This document shows, one piece after another, positions 36,071-49,953 of a stretch of DNA of 64,000 nt (position 1 is its first letter; every line of letters begins with the position of its first letter). A model generated the notes under the pieces. That model worked only from the letters and a program-made list of their open reading frames with translations. It searched no databases and was not told where the DNA came from. Position numbers and translations under genes: made by a program. The DNA is from Eledone cirrhosa. Taxonomy: Eukaryota. The stretch spans positions 12,462,001 through 12,526,000 of the forward strand of contig OZ024749.1 of assembly GCA_964016885.1 (NCBI GenBank), read 5' to 3'.

Positions 36071-36686
36071 TATTCAAGAAGAAGAGGAGAGAGAGGAAGA
36101 AGATGAAGTTTAGTAATATAATTTTCTCACTAGTTTCAGCATGAACATAATTTAAATGAAAGTAGAGAATATTTATTAATATTTAAAAATGGAAAAGGAA
36201 GAGAAAAACAAACCACCATTTTCTAGAAAATCATCATCATGTTTATTAAAAAGTATTCATATTTATCTAAAAGCCTTCCATCATAATTTGATGTAAGAAC
36301 CTGTGTTAAGTTATGTTCCAAGCACCACCTTAATAACAAGAAGGTTATTTGATTAAATCCCTTAAAATTCTTGATTATTTTCAAAATCGTAAGTAGATTT
36401 TTTTTAATTAGAACTGTGGTTAACAAAAGGGTTAAAGACTTTTTAAATCGCTATATCAACATCGAAAGTCTTTCATAGATGCTATATTCTTAAGCATGGC
36501 TGAAGTTTGTTTTGTATTCATAAGGTCCCAGATTTGGGCAAATATCATTTGGGTCAACCCAAACCTTATGAGTGAAATTGGGCTGATGGAATCTACATGA
36601 ATGCATATTAAATGGACTGTACCTGTTATTCAAAAGGCCAGTCTTGTTAAGCACTATATCATGCTGAATCTCCCTGAGCGTTATGT

Positions 36687-36900
36687 TAACCCTTTAGCAT
36701 TTAAACCGGCCATATCCAGTCAGAATTCTCTCGCCTCTTGTTGTTCAAACGGGCTCTAAACAGCTGCTCATACTGGCATTAAGGTATTGTTCTCAAAATA
36801 AATAACATCAAAATCTCATAGATTCGATAGTATGTAAGGTAATTATGTAATTATGAAAATATAATAGTAATATAGAGTATTGTAAATACTAAAGGGTTAA
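36687..36900. mobile_element. piggyBac-type MITE, about 210 bp
   Basis: TTAA|CCCTTTAGCATTTA ... TAAATACTAAAGGG|TTAA terminal inverted repeats with a TTAA TSD. Confidence 0.85.
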
Positions 36901-37888
36901 CAGTAAACATATCTGTGGAATTCTCAGCCACTTAAACATTAATAAATGAGTACTGTTGATTGATCAACTGGAACATTCACCATTAAAACGAACATTGATC
37001 CATTTCAATGTTCAGGAAATATTAACAATCAATTCACATTTCTAACTCCATCTATATTTAACTTCATTGATTTATATTTCTCTACTAAGTGATGAATTTG
37101 GTGTAAAAATAGCTGTTTTATCACATAATTGTTTAATGAGTGTCAAATCTTAATAGTCAAATGATGGAAAACTGTGATAATTCTGGTTCCTAACAAATCT
37201 TTGGCACTGAGTTTATAAAAATATTGTGACTTTTACCAAGTGTTTGTTGTTCTTGTTCTTGTTTCTATATGCTGAGTTAAAATATTGATTGTTATCAGTT
37301 TGGACTTTCATCTTCCTAGATCAATAACAAATATATTTAATGTCACTGCTATGCTGGGGTTAATTCAAATTCCTCTCAAAAAGGTGGCAATTTGCTTATT
37401 TAAAGAAATTAATGTTGAAGAGTTTTAACCCTGTCATTACCATATTTCTGGTGAAAAATATTGCCTATGATTTTCAATTAATTTTGTAAATAATCAAGAA
37501 TTTGGTGGGATTTTTTCATTATTTAGTTGGTGTACATAAAATTATGATGGAAGGTTTTTAGATGAATATAAACATTTTAAAACAAACAGTTTTGAATTGT
37601 AGAAGCAATGATCAGTTTCAAGTGGTTTAGTATGAAAAGGCATAAACTAGCTATAAGCTGCCTTCAACTTGCATTTCAGCTTGTAGTCTTTTCTCTTTAT
37701 TTGACATACATTGCTAAATATGTTGAGAAATTAATGAAGATCAAACTATCCCAATCTCAATTCCATTTCATTATAAATTTTTATAATGAAATGGAATTGT
37801 TATTTATAATTAATATTTATATTACCATTTCTTTTTATAAAACACATAACATTTATGGAAATTATATTAGATTCTTGTCTGTTTTTAG

Positions 37889-37986
37889 GGAGAATATATT
37901 GATGCAACTTTTGGAACTTTGCTTGGAATTTCTACAATGGCTGCTGCAGGTCTTGGGAACATGGTGTCAGATGTTGCAGGAATTGG
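37889..37986 (+). CDS. TMEM65: TMEM65 coding exon GEYIDATFGTLLGISTMAAAGLGNMVSDVAGI(G)
   Basis: Acceptor tttttag| and donor |gtaagc; 98 nt, phase 0 to 2; GISTMAAAGLGN.VSD.AG signature. Confidence 0.96.
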
Positions 37987-38029
37987 GTAAGCATATAATT
38001 AGGGATAATAAAATGTAGTTTGCTTGAAG

Positions 38030-38415
38030 CATCGTCATCATCATTTTACGTCCGCTTTTCCTTGCTTGCAAGGGTGGGACGGGAACTGATTCTGGCTTGA
38101 TTTCCACAGATGGATGCCCTTCCTAACACCAACCTCATTTACAGTGAGTGCTGGGTGCTTTTTTTGCCGTGGCACCTCCACGACCACTTTACAGTGTGGG
38201 CTGGGTGTTTTTTTGCTGTGGCACCTCCACGACCACTTTGCAGTGGAATGATAGGGACCCCAGTCCTATCATCTCATTTCTACAGCTCAGTAAACTGGAG
38301 CAATCTGAAATAAAGTGTCTTGCTCAAGGAAACAACACATCACCCGGTCTGAGAATTGAACTTACAACCTTTCGATTGCAAGGCCAATGCTCTAACCACT
38401 AAGCTATGTGCCTCC
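38030..38415 (-). mobile_element. SINE family A, full length with an internal duplication of about 52 bp
   Basis: Family A reverse complement; the GTGGCACCTCCACGACCACTTT segment occurs twice. Confidence 0.9.
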
Positions 38416-39160
38416 ATAGGTTGAACCTCAGACCTCAATCTCCACCGTCTCTACCAATATATAATATAATGTGGAAAGTTATATAAGGCTAAACAATACA
38501 AAAACGACGGTAAGATGAAGGTAACAAAACATTTAGTTAACTGGTAATCTTTGTTTTTGTTGTGGTTGTTTCTTTTGTTCTAATATTTCTGGACTTACAA
38601 TTCCCTTCATAAGAGTATAAGAAACTCAGAGAAAACTGTTCTGGTTTTTTTCTGTGTGTCCGCCTAAAACTCAGAAAATACAGGACCGAACCCCTCAAAA
38701 TTAAATATACATATTCACTAGACACTTGGACAAAAAATTTATTTAAATTCAATTTATCTTATTTTCTAATGAATGCAGAAAGAAATCATCCATTTTTTTT
38801 TTTTCGAAATTCTGTAGAGAAAGAGAGAGGCTGATTAGGAGTCATACCGTGCCACTACCACTGGGTCTCAGTCAACCCCAACCACCAAGATGGCTAGCAG
38901 CAAACTATAGCCGTCTCCTTACAGACCTAGATGGGGATGATTGTTTCGTTGGGGTAAGAGGGGGACCTGCCTAGGTGAATTTCGTATGGTTTTGGGGTGG
39001 TGGATGGTCAACCTCCTCCGGACTTGCGCCTGCGCAAACCGGTGGGGGTGAATTGGGACTTTGAAGGGAGCGGACGAAGGACCCAAGAACACCTGCTTTG
39101 TCCGTTCCCTTGTAGATTCAATTTGGATTACCTCGGGAACATAACCTTATTATGTAAGAA

Positions 39161-39235
39161 GCTGTCTGATGATGTCACAGCACTGGGTACACAGAATCGT
39201 GTGGCCACTGTCGTCATTGAAATATGTATCACAGC
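39161..39235 (+). ncRNA. Type-I hammerhead ribozyme with intact core, inside a TMEM65 intron
   Basis: GCTGT-CTGATGA-[bulged stem II: ACAG/CTGT, TGG.TACAC/GTGTG.CCA]-GAAA-T-ATGT-ATC-ACAGC; AUC triplet. Confidence 0.7.
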
Positions 39236-40194
39236 ATTATCATTAAAGGACTTAAATAACATCTGAAACTACTTTGCATTTTCTTATTCTAAATATACTC
39301 CATCACTCCTATGTGGAAAAAGTACGTTGAGTGCTCGAATCGAATTGCAACAAAGTTAATCCAACCTGTAGAGCGCTCCACGGTGCAACTGATATTGTGA
39401 AGAAGTGAGGAACCAACCATCGGCTACACTCGGAAATTCCCTCTACCATGGGACTGATTACACACTGTACATGCCTACTGCTAGACGGAAATAAAATTAT
39501 AAACTAACTTTCGACTGGATAAAATAAGCAGAGCTTATTTTCCTGCAGCAAATGGCATTTGCACATATGCCTTGAAAGAACCCTACACACACACCATAAC
39601 GAATTTTCATATGTATTTTGCTTGGACAGACTTGACCAGAACTTTAACCACTTATACTCTCATTTCATAAACTAGTGTTAAATCTATTTTTTTCTTTTCT
39701 CTTCTTTATGGTTTTTAAAATAGCCTTCACATGTTTGAATTTCAGAGGTGCTGATTGTGCCAAAAAAAAAAAAAAAAAGGATAAATAAAAAAAAAATGTA
39801 AATGCCCTCTTCACTGACAACCTAATGATTCTTCCAGATGTGAAGCATTATTATATGTTGACTGTAATAGGGAGCAGTTTAAAAAAGAAATAAGATGCTT
39901 GGGTCACGTGTTAAAGAAGGATGAAAGTGACTGGGTATTAGTGGCAAATGAAATGAATGTGGAAGGAAATAGGGGAAAAAGAAGACCAAAAAAGCCATAA
40001 CTAATGATAGAGGAAAAAATGAAAGGCATGGGTGTGTAAGTGGAGGGGTGAAAACAATGGGACAAAGTGGAGGAGCTTGTCATGGAGCTAGCAAGGCCAT
40101 AAAACATTTGTGTTGCTGTTGTTGATGTAGGCTGGCTGTGTCTGTAAATGGTTTTTGATTTTGTAGTGAAATGGAATGTAATTTTTTTTTGCAG

Positions 40195-40300
40195 GTCTGC
40201 TTGGTACGTTGAAGTCTTGGCTGTTAGAGTCGGATTCCACATGCCCAATCTAACTCCTCAGCAAGTTGATATGAGAAAAACACGTTGGATTGCTAACTTG
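40195..40300 (+). CDS. TMEM65: TMEM65 coding exon (G)SAWYVEVLAVRVGFHMPNLTPQQVDMRKTRWIANL
   Basis: Acceptor ttttttgcag| and donor |gtaact; 106 nt, phase 2 to 0; YVE.LA.R.G...P.LTP.QVDM..TR signature. Confidence 0.96.
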
Positions 40301-40324
40301 GTAACTATTGTTTAACATTATTAT

Positions 40325-40850
40325 TTCATGCTTTGATGCATAGAATTACGGCCCTTGCCATTCAAAACCCGCCGAGGTTAACTTTGCCTTTCATCCTTAC
40401 AGGGTCGATAAAATGAAGTCAGTAATACACTGGGGTAATCGCTGGCCTTGTGGCAAAAGTAGAAACAATTATTATTATTTCAAGGGTGAGTGGGGCATTG
40501 GCAGTATTGGTAGAGCATTGGGCACCTTGCTTTGCAGCATAGAGTTATGGTCCTTTACATTCTGAGTTCAATTCCCAGTAATGCATTGGGGTCAATTTAA
40601 TCGATTTCCCACTGCCCCAAAATTGTTGGCCTTGTGCCTAAAGTAGAAGCCTTTATTATTTCAAGTTTCAGTAGAGCATTGAACAAAATGTGGTTGTATA
40701 GAGTTATGGCCCTTTACATTCTGAGTTCAAATACCACTAAGGTGAACTGGAATGATAAAATAAAATATCATTTAAGTTCTGAGGTCAATAAAATCTACTT
40801 TCCTCCCAAATAGCTGTCTTTGTGTCAATATTTGAAAGAATTATTATTAT
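40325..40850 (+). mobile_element. Cluster of three tandem SINE B copies
   Basis: Repeated family B segments separated by (ATT)n. Confidence 0.8.
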
Positions 40851-42137
40851 GCCACCTATGTTGTCCTAATTTAGAATAGGTACGCCCTTTCCCTGCATGC
40901 ATAAAAGGTTACTAAAAGGTTTGACACCCGCAAGGACGTCCAACCATAAAACATTGCCACAGAAGTGGCACAATGGTGAGTAGAAAACCTGTTATGGGGC
41001 CCACAAAATTAACTCCTGCTTTAGCATGGCCTAGTGGTTTGAGAGTTAGATTCACAATCATGAGGTTGCAAGTTCGATTCTCAGACTGGGTGATTCATTA
41101 TGTCCTTGAGCAAGACACTTTATTTCATGTTGCTCTTTCTGCCAAGAGTTGTGACCAGTAGATAATATCAGCAATAGAAAGATCAATGGAAACATTTTCC
41201 TTGGTCTGATTAGATGAGTTCCACCCCATTCAGTAAGTGAATGAGGTTTGAGATCTTGTTTGCTGATTCCTTTCTCTTTAGTAGGGAAAATTAACTTAAA
41301 AGCACTTATTGCTGTGTATGTTGTGTTATCAGATTGTTTTAAAATGTAGATTAACCCATTCATTGCCATATTTCTAATGATTCATAACTGATTTTATGAC
41401 TGTCTAGTTTTATATTGAGCTTAAAATGATTAACACATTTATTAACATATTTCTAATGAAAAACACTGCCCTTGGCAAGAAATTGGTCTTATTATCAAGC
41501 TGCTGTGTGGAACATAATTTAACAAAGTTTATTACATAAAAGTATGAGGAAGGTTCTCAAATGAATATAAAATATTTTAAGATAAACAGTTTTGTATCGT
41601 GGAACCAGGGCCAGTTTCAGGTTGGTTGCTATCAAAAGGGTTAACAGGTTAATTATCAACATCAACACCATTTTACATCTGCTTTCTCATGCTTGTATGG
41701 GTTGGAAGGGTTTTCTTCAACCCAGCTTCCCTACATCTATTGCATTCTTTTGTCATTTCTCTGAGTTTCAGTGATTTAAGATCAGCTCTCACTACCTCTG
41801 CTCAGGTCTTCCTTGGTCTTCCACAACTGCAGCTATCTTCCTCTTGGATTTCCTGGCACTTCTTCACATGTGCATACCAGCAAAATCTTCTCTCCTGTCC
41901 ACTACATCTGATTCCTCTTATACCAAGTTTTTCTCTCAGTTCATTCACACATTACACATCCATTGGAGCATGCTTACTTCATTTCTCTCCAGCTTCCACA
42001 TATCTTCTGAATTCACAGCCCATGTCTTACTAACATGCAATATTGAACATTTAGGCACCATAGAGTCATCTTTTCATTCTTTTTTAAATATTCTGAATGT
42101 TTTCCTTTGACTTAAAATGAATCTCATTTTATTTCAG

Positions 42138-42266
42138 GGCAAAGTGATTGGCATAACAGTTGGCTGTTTGATAGGAATGTTTCCACTGTTGTTCTTCAAG
42201 TATGACAAAGACAATAAAAATGAATCCACAGAAAGTCCTGTAGAACCTGCCACAAAAAACAGCTAA
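42138..42266 (+). CDS. TMEM65: TMEM65 last coding exon GKVIGITVGCLIGMFPLLFFKYDKDNKNESTESPVEPATKNS*
   Basis: Acceptor tttcag|; phase 0; G..IG.T.GC.IGMFPL.FF C-terminal TM motif; TAA at 42264-42266. Confidence 0.96.
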   Translation, partial: GKVIGITVGCLIGMFPLLFFKYDKDNKNESTESPVEPATKNS

Positions 42267-42725
42267 ATAGAAAGCAAGGTGGTTAGAAACGTTTCTTTAT
42301 CTCTATTCAGCATTTATTTTTGATTGAGATGAACACAATTTGTGGATTCTTGGGGAATTTCTAGGAATGGAAAAAAAAAGCTAAAAAGTAAAAAATGAAA
42401 AATACCATCAAATAGAAATAAAAGATATTTGTTACTATTTTTAAATGATAAAGTGGCCTTTTGAGATGTCCGTGGAATGTCATAAAAGTTTTGTTTCATG
42501 CCTCCTGATATTAATATCGTCATGTTTTGCATTTGTTTGCTTTTGGTGTGCATTATAATAATGTTAAGTTTTATTTGAATAATATTTTGAAATATTTTCT
42601 TCAGATTTATCTTAACAGATCTGAATTATAAATAATACAAAAACTTTGCATATTATCATACAATTATTATTTTTTTTTTTTATCTAAACTTTTCACTGCT
42701 AAATTTTTTTTTTTTGCTCTATTTA

Positions 42726-42731
42726 AATAAA
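42726..42731 (+). promoter_or_regulatory. Candidate polyadenylation signal for TMEM65 (another AATAAA lies at about 42417)
   Basis: AATAAA about 460 nt after the stop codon, followed by a GT-rich tract, just before repeats resume at about 42805. Confidence 0.35.
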
Positions 42732-45700
42732 TTCCAACAATTCTATGGTTGCCATTTTAGTGTATTACTGTTGTTGACATCTTATATTGTTAATTATTAT
42801 ACTGGACTGGATTGGCAGAATTGGAAGAGCATCGGACAAAAATGTCTCATGGTATTTAAGAAATCCTGCTGAGGTCAACTTTGTCTTTCATCCTTTTGGT
42901 GGATTAATAAAATGAAGAACCAGTGAAGGACTGGGGTCAATTAAATCAACATTCCCCTCCCCCAAATTACTGGTCATGTGCCAATGTTAGAACTACTATG
43001 GTCTGGTGGATTGGCAGAATAACAATTCTGCCAATCCACCAGTATCAAACAAAATGGTTTGTGATATTTGTTCTGGCTCTTTACATCCTTCCAGGAGTTG
43101 ATGAAATAAAGTACCAGTTAAATACTGGGGTTGATATAATTGACTTCCCCTCATATTGCTGGCTTTGTGCTTAAATTAGAAAGCATTTATTTCATTATAT
43201 TAATATTGTTGGCATTACATTTTCTTTTGATCTTATTTGTTTTTAGCTATTAAGTTTTTCATACTGTTAAGTCTATTCTATAGAAAAATATTTTACAGAA
43301 AAAATAAATCCAAATTAAAATTTAAAAAAAACAACAACATAATAAAAATCCACTTTCTCTGCCACCTGATATATATAATCATATTGTGATTGATTATCTA
43401 ACCAGGTGGGACTAATTTACAGGTGAATTTAAAAAAAAGTAACGATTTCTGATTTCTTCCTATGCACCCTTGTTAATCATCAAATAAATATCTGCCAACT
43501 TTGCCTTTCATTCTTTCAAGGTTAATAAAAAAAAAGTACCAGTAATACTCTTACTCACTACCCACTATCATCCCTCTCTCTTTTCTGGAAGAAATCAGCT
43601 GTGTCCATACCTGGAGAGGAGATAGGCTCTGGCAGATTTTTAAAACACCCAAACAACATTGTTTGTCACTACAGCACCCCTATAACTCCATCAGGAGTTA
43701 CTGGTCCATACGTATCATATTTCTAATGAAAGACCCTATATATGATTTTTAAATATTGGGAAATAATCAAGAATTTGGAGTGGCTTAACTTTCTTATTTT
43801 GGTAGTTAAATTATTAGAGAGTTAAATAAAATGCTTTCTGTCGTTTGTTCAGCTTCTTTACATTTTGAGTTGAAATCCTGCCAATGTCAATTTTGCCTTT
43901 CATCCTTGCAAAGCCAATAAAATAAAGTACCAGTTATATACTGAGCTCAATTAACCTTTCCATCCTTTCAGGCCTTGTGTCAAAATTAGAAATCATTATT
44001 ATCAAGTTGGTGTTTACAGAACAATTTAACAAATGTTCTGACATAAAATTATGATGGAAGATTTTTAGATGAATATAAACATTTTGAATTAAACAGCTTA
44101 ATATCATAAAACCTGGTGTGGTTGCTGGTGGTTTGGTTAACCTTTCTCGTAAATAATGCATTTGCTTCATTAAGTATAACATATTATTAAGTAAACTATA
44201 TAGCTTCTTCATTACAATTTTCTGGTAGGACCTGTTAAATATTGCGTTATACATGAAATGATCATACAATAATGATAATCTCCATCTTCTTAAAACAAGC
44301 AGGTCTGTTTCAACTGTAAACTGTCCATTAGAAGATATCTATGTGTTTAAATTGAATAGGAAATTTTAATAAAGGAGGCAATTTTTTTTCAGGAATTTAT
44401 CTAATGTTTGGAACATAGCTTAACAAAGAAAGGTTCTTATATCAAATTATAATAAAAGTTTTTTTAAAAATAAATGAACATTTCAAAATAAACAGTTCTG
44501 TATAAAAGAAACAAAACAGGGGCAATAGGATTTGCTAGGTTTAAATGTCGAAGACATGCTGTATGTCATGACAGTGCCACTATGACTCCACCAGGAGATA
44601 AAGACCCATGCCATGTCACACCCTATTATTTATCAGTTAATGCTAAAGACATTACATTAGCAGTAACTAAGGTAATTTTCATTTCAATGAAGTTTTTTAA
44701 ATTATTGTGTATCCCAGCAGTTGTTAGAACATGTACGATGATGATGATGATGAGTAGATCGTTGCTTTTTGAAATCAAGTGGATTTCCAGGCTAAAATTA
44801 TTTATTTCTAGAGTTTTTAAATCAAGCTTGGTGGCATAAATATTTTATAGTGATAGTAGTTGCAATAATATATTTTAATTTTTGCAATGATATTCATTTA
44901 TTTTACTAAATCCATTCTGGAGCAGAGTTATTAAAACATCAGATAGAATGTTTTGTGGTGTTCATTTTGACTCTCTGTAATCTGAGTTCAAAACCCACCA
45001 CGGTCAACTTTGCCTTTCACCTTTTTGAGGTTGATAAAAGAAGTACCAGTCCAATACTGGTGTCACTTCTTCTCTCTATCACCCCCTCTATCTCTCTCCT
45101 TCTCTATGGACTGTGTTCAGACCTTGAGAGGAGATGGGCACCGCCAGCTGTAAAGATGACACTAATATGTTGCTACGACTTCAGCAGGAGTTATGGGTTC
45201 ATATATCCATACATGGAAATTCTGTTTTATCTCTGGAGCTATAAATATTAATGACTGAAGTGTAGTTAGTTTAATTTTTTTCTTTTTTCAAGAATGATTT
45301 AAATTTACCAAGATTAATTTGCATTGCAAACTAACAGCAACTTTGATAATTTTCTACTCTTAATTATGATTATTTATTATTTTTATTATTATTCTGTGTA
45401 AATGTAAAGTTGAGAGCAAATTCATAAATACATAAACACATATCAACTTTAGATTTCTCTCTGTGCATGTTTAGATAGTAAAAATATTAAGAAAGTAACA
45501 AGGTTAACTCCTAAGATCAAGACCTAGCAATAGTTATATGTATACTAGGACATTTCTATACTAAAATTCAACAACACAACAAATGCTTGAAGTCCATTTT
45601 CCCTGCTAAGGTATGGGTTAGCTTTACATGGACTCAATAGCCTTCTTTTTGAGTCACTGTGTTACAGCCAGATTCCCTTCCTGACACCAACCCATTTAGT

Positions 45701-48415
45701 CACCTCTTACTTCACACAACAATACAGTGCACCTTTTCTAAACTGGATAAAACATTAAAATATCTTATAGTCATTTATCTAAGTATTGTCGAAGTGAGTC
45801 TCAGCGATTTGAACTGATCGCAAATTACTGAAACTCTCAGAGGAGATGATGAAGGAATGGAGTGAGTGGAGAGATGCTGTGCTGAAAAGGACCCGTCCAA
45901 CCCATGCAAGCATGGAAAAATGTACTTAAAAACGATGCAGCATAAATTATTTTTCTGCAAATTCTATTAACTTACTGGAACCTCTATAATTTTGAGATTA
46001 TTTCAACATTATATTTGAGGCAATTAGCTGTTGGAATTGGGTAAATTCGTAATTCTTGATTCAGTTGTGAACTGATATATATAAACTCTTTCATTGCCAT
46101 TTTTCTTACAAAATATACACTTTATGTGTTGCAATCACCTTTAAATCATATTTAAAAAGATTTTTATAGAATAACTTATTCATTGTCATCAAGTTGACAT
46201 TAGGAATATGATCTAATAAAATGTCACATAAAATTATGATGGAAGGTTTTAATTTATATATGAACATTCTAAATATGTGAGTTGTAGCTTGGGATCAGAG
46301 GCAGTCTTAAGTGGGTTGATATTGAAAGGGTTAAATTGGCTACAATATCAAGTTGGTGTTAGGAACTTAAAGTTACTATGGAAGGTTTTAATGTAAATAA
46401 GATGTCTTAGAACAAGAGGTTGTGACAATCAGGTTGGTATTGGAAGGGTAGCAGCAATGTAATGTGTCCTATGATGTCTTTGATAGAAACACTTGTGTAT
46501 TGCTGGTGAATTAATATTAATGGTTGTATTCTATTGACATGCTTCACTGTGACTGAATTATATCTGAGGAAACTATTCTATGAATTCATACCGCTTTCAT
46601 ATCTTATTATCCAAATCAAAATTCTGACAACTTTTCAGAGCTAATTCAATGTGTGTTTGTGTGTGGATTGCTGATAAACAGAGGAGGGTTAGAAATCAAT
46701 ATGTGATATGAGTTAGGAATGTTCAAAGCTGCAGTAGCAGTCAACTGTATTGCATGACCCAAATCGATTTCTTTTAAATGATAGCATATGCACTTGTTTT
46801 TCAATATTAAATTAATTTGACCACCTCTAAAATAGAGGCATGCCACAATAAAGGGACATGCCCATGATTAGAATGATAAATAAATGGTACCATGTAACCT
46901 TACCTGATAAAGAAGACAGATACTTGATACAATATTAGAAGAATTTTAAGATAATTTTCTCTGCTAAAGCTTTGTGAAGCCTATGGCAGGTTTCATTCTC
47001 ATCATGGGGTCTTATTTGAAGCAATGTTTTACAATTAGATATCCTTCCTTGTTCCAACCCTTTTAGTTGCTTCTTATGAAATGTAGTGATATGATGTACC
47101 TATTCTAAACACACAAGACAAATACTTGACAAACCTGAAAAATAATAGTAATATAACTAACTTCATTATCAAGCTGCTGCTTGGAACATAACTTAACAAA
47201 GGTTCTTACATAAAATTATGATGTGAGGATTTTAGGTAAGTATAAACACTTTAAAATCAACAGCCATAGAAGCAAGGAGAGTTTCCAGCACTATGGTAGC
47301 ACACAGGTTAAATCATACTACCATTAAATATCTTCAAATATTACTTATGTATTAATAATGTCTCTAAGCAATTTCAGAGCAGTTTTTGTCTACTTTTATT
47401 GAAAGTAATAATGCTGCTTCAAAACATGATATTTTCACGAACATATTTAAAATATAATTATATCAACTTCTTCAGAATCTAATTTATATGAAAACTAATT
47501 TGCTGCGTTCATGAAAATTGACTATTATTAGTTTTTTATAGATATTTCCATTAGCTAATATTTTTTGTTCTTTCTTTTCATAAATTATAAACATTTTGTT
47601 AATACTTAATTAAAATTTACACCTAATTTCATTAAGATTTAATTATCAACAATTCAATTAGTAGTTTTACATTTACCTTTTATAGTTTGGAAATTGGTTC
47701 AGTTTTTTAATTTTACCATGGTTTTCTTCATAATTTTTATGATGAATTGTTGGTATGATATGCAAACCAAAGTGGTATTGAAACACTTTTATTGGAGAAT
47801 TTTTGTTTGGGCAACTGGGTATTCTTTTATTTTTTCTTGTGTTCCTTTTATTTGTTATCATCATCATCTGAAGATGATGATGACACTAAATGTTTTGACT
47901 CTTTTAATACCAACCTAGTCAAAACCACCTCCAATTCTATGAAACAAAACCACTCATTTTAAAGGGTTCTTATGTAACCCTTTTAATACCAACCCAGACA
48001 AAACCAACTCTGGTTATATAAAATAAAACAAAACCACTCATTTTAAAGGGTTCCTATAAAGAGCATCAAATAGAAAGGAAGATGGAATTCTTTAGAAATC
48101 AAAAGGTATTTAAGCTAAAAATTGATGAAGAAGAGGTTACAATAATGAAATTATTTAAAAAGGATTAAAATAATAAAGAGAAGAAGAAAGAGATAAATGG
48201 GGTAGAGAAAAGTATAAACAATTGAACCAATGTGAAACAGTTCTACCCTAAAGCTGTCTGGGTGTTGATAGTTATCATAGTTGGTTCGTGTACCTTAATT
48301 TATCCTTTTGAGTTCTGTGACTGTACTATCTATAGTTAATATATTCTTCACCTTAGTGCTTTTATATCCCTTATGATTTGAACACACATACATACATTTT
48401 ATATATATATATAGT

Positions 48416-48695
48416 GGAGGCATGTGGCCTAGTGGTAAGGGTGTTGGACTTGCGATCATAATGTTGTGGGTTTGATTCCTGGGTTGCGTGTAGTGTTCTT
48501 GAGCAAAACACTTCATTTCACGTTGCTCCAGTATACTCAGCTGAAAATGGGTACCAGTAATAGCTGGGGGTGAAACCCTGCGATGGATTGGCATCCTGTC
48601 CAGTGGGGAGTCTTGTACTCTGTCGCTTCAAGCCATGAAATCAGGATAAGCACCAGTCAAATGAACCTTCTGGCTTAAGACAGACTTTAGACTTT
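48416..48695 (+). mobile_element. tRNA-derived SINE of another family (V-domain-like central region)
   Basis: GGAGGCATGTGGCCTAGTGGTAAGG A-box, GGGTTTGATTCC B-box, AACCCTGCGATGGATTGGCATCCTGTCCAG core and a (CTTTAGA)n tail. Confidence 0.75.
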
Positions 48696-49767
48696 AGATA
48701 TTTATGTGTGTGTATGTGTGCACATGTGAATGATGTATACGATGCTTTTGTAGTTGACTTTTATTCAGTTTGACTCATTCATTATCATATTTCTAATGAA
48801 AGACACTGCCTATGATTTTCAAATAATTTTGAAAACAATCAATCAAGAATTTGGAGAGATTTAGTCATGTAACTTTTACATTATTAAGTTAGTGTGGCAG
48901 GAGTTGGCAGAGTGTTGAACAGAGTACTTTATTGTTTCTTCTGGGCTCTTTACATTCTGCATTCAAATCCTACTGTGGCCAACATTGTCTTTCATCCTTC
49001 TGGAGTTAAAATATAGCACCATTTATGTCCTGGCATCAACATAATTGTCTTCCTTCAAATTTGCTGGCCTTGTTAGAAAGAATTAAGCTGGTGAAACCCT
49101 TACAAAATATCAAGATAGTGGCTTTTTAGATAAATATAAACCATTTAAAATAAACAGCTTTGTATCATAGAACCATTGTAGGGGCTTCAGGTGATTTAGT
49201 ATCAAGTGTTAAAATGTCTCTTGACAATTTAGTAAATGGAATCAATTAAACATACAGACTACTCTCTCTCTGGTTGTGACTCCAGTTTTGAAATCAGTGA
49301 TCCTTTTCCTAGACAGACAACTAACTAAAGCTATCAAGCCCTGTCAGCTGGGGTTTGTTTTTACACATTTGATAGCCATTCACTCATTGAGTTCCTTTCA
49401 CGGGTTTTGTTTTTCATCCCACAGGATGTCCAAAAATCACCCTCCCCACCAAACTAGCTTGGTGGGGTTGCCAGTTTGGTTGCTGATGACCCAACCATGT
49501 CACAGTTTGTACTGGGTTACATGTTACCAGTAGTACTCATGAGGAACCTGACCTGTATTAAGAATCGGTATAAAGTTTTATGATCCACACTTCTGTTGAA
49601 GATTGCAATAGATTTTAGAAACTGCTTATGATTTTGTCCTAGGTTTGGATAAATTGTCAACAGTTATCTAAGTCAGAAATATTGTCTGCATGTTATCTCT
49701 AAAAATACATATAACATATCATATCTGTGTATGCATGCTTGTATGTGAGTTTATATATATATATATA

Positions 49768-49921
49768 TAGAAGTAGTAACACAACAGTTTGTTCACCATA
49801 CCGAGAACAATTGTTTCACCTTATGTGGATCTTCAGCTCGTTGTGTTACTACTTCTACCAAACTTGCCCCATGGACTGAGTGCTCTACCACTACAGATAT
49901 TACCTTCCAGTGTTCTACCTG

Positions 49922-49953
<32 letters not shown>

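Noticed and set aside
37608-38018. 136-aa ORF overlapping a TMEM65 exon
   Set aside because: It is a different frame from the conserved TMEM65 peptide and mostly intronic AT-rich sequence.
47684-47918. Hydrophobic 74-aa ORF or possible membrane-protein exon
   Set aside because: The hydrophobicity is explained by T-richness; there is no recognisable family, clear donor or partner exons.
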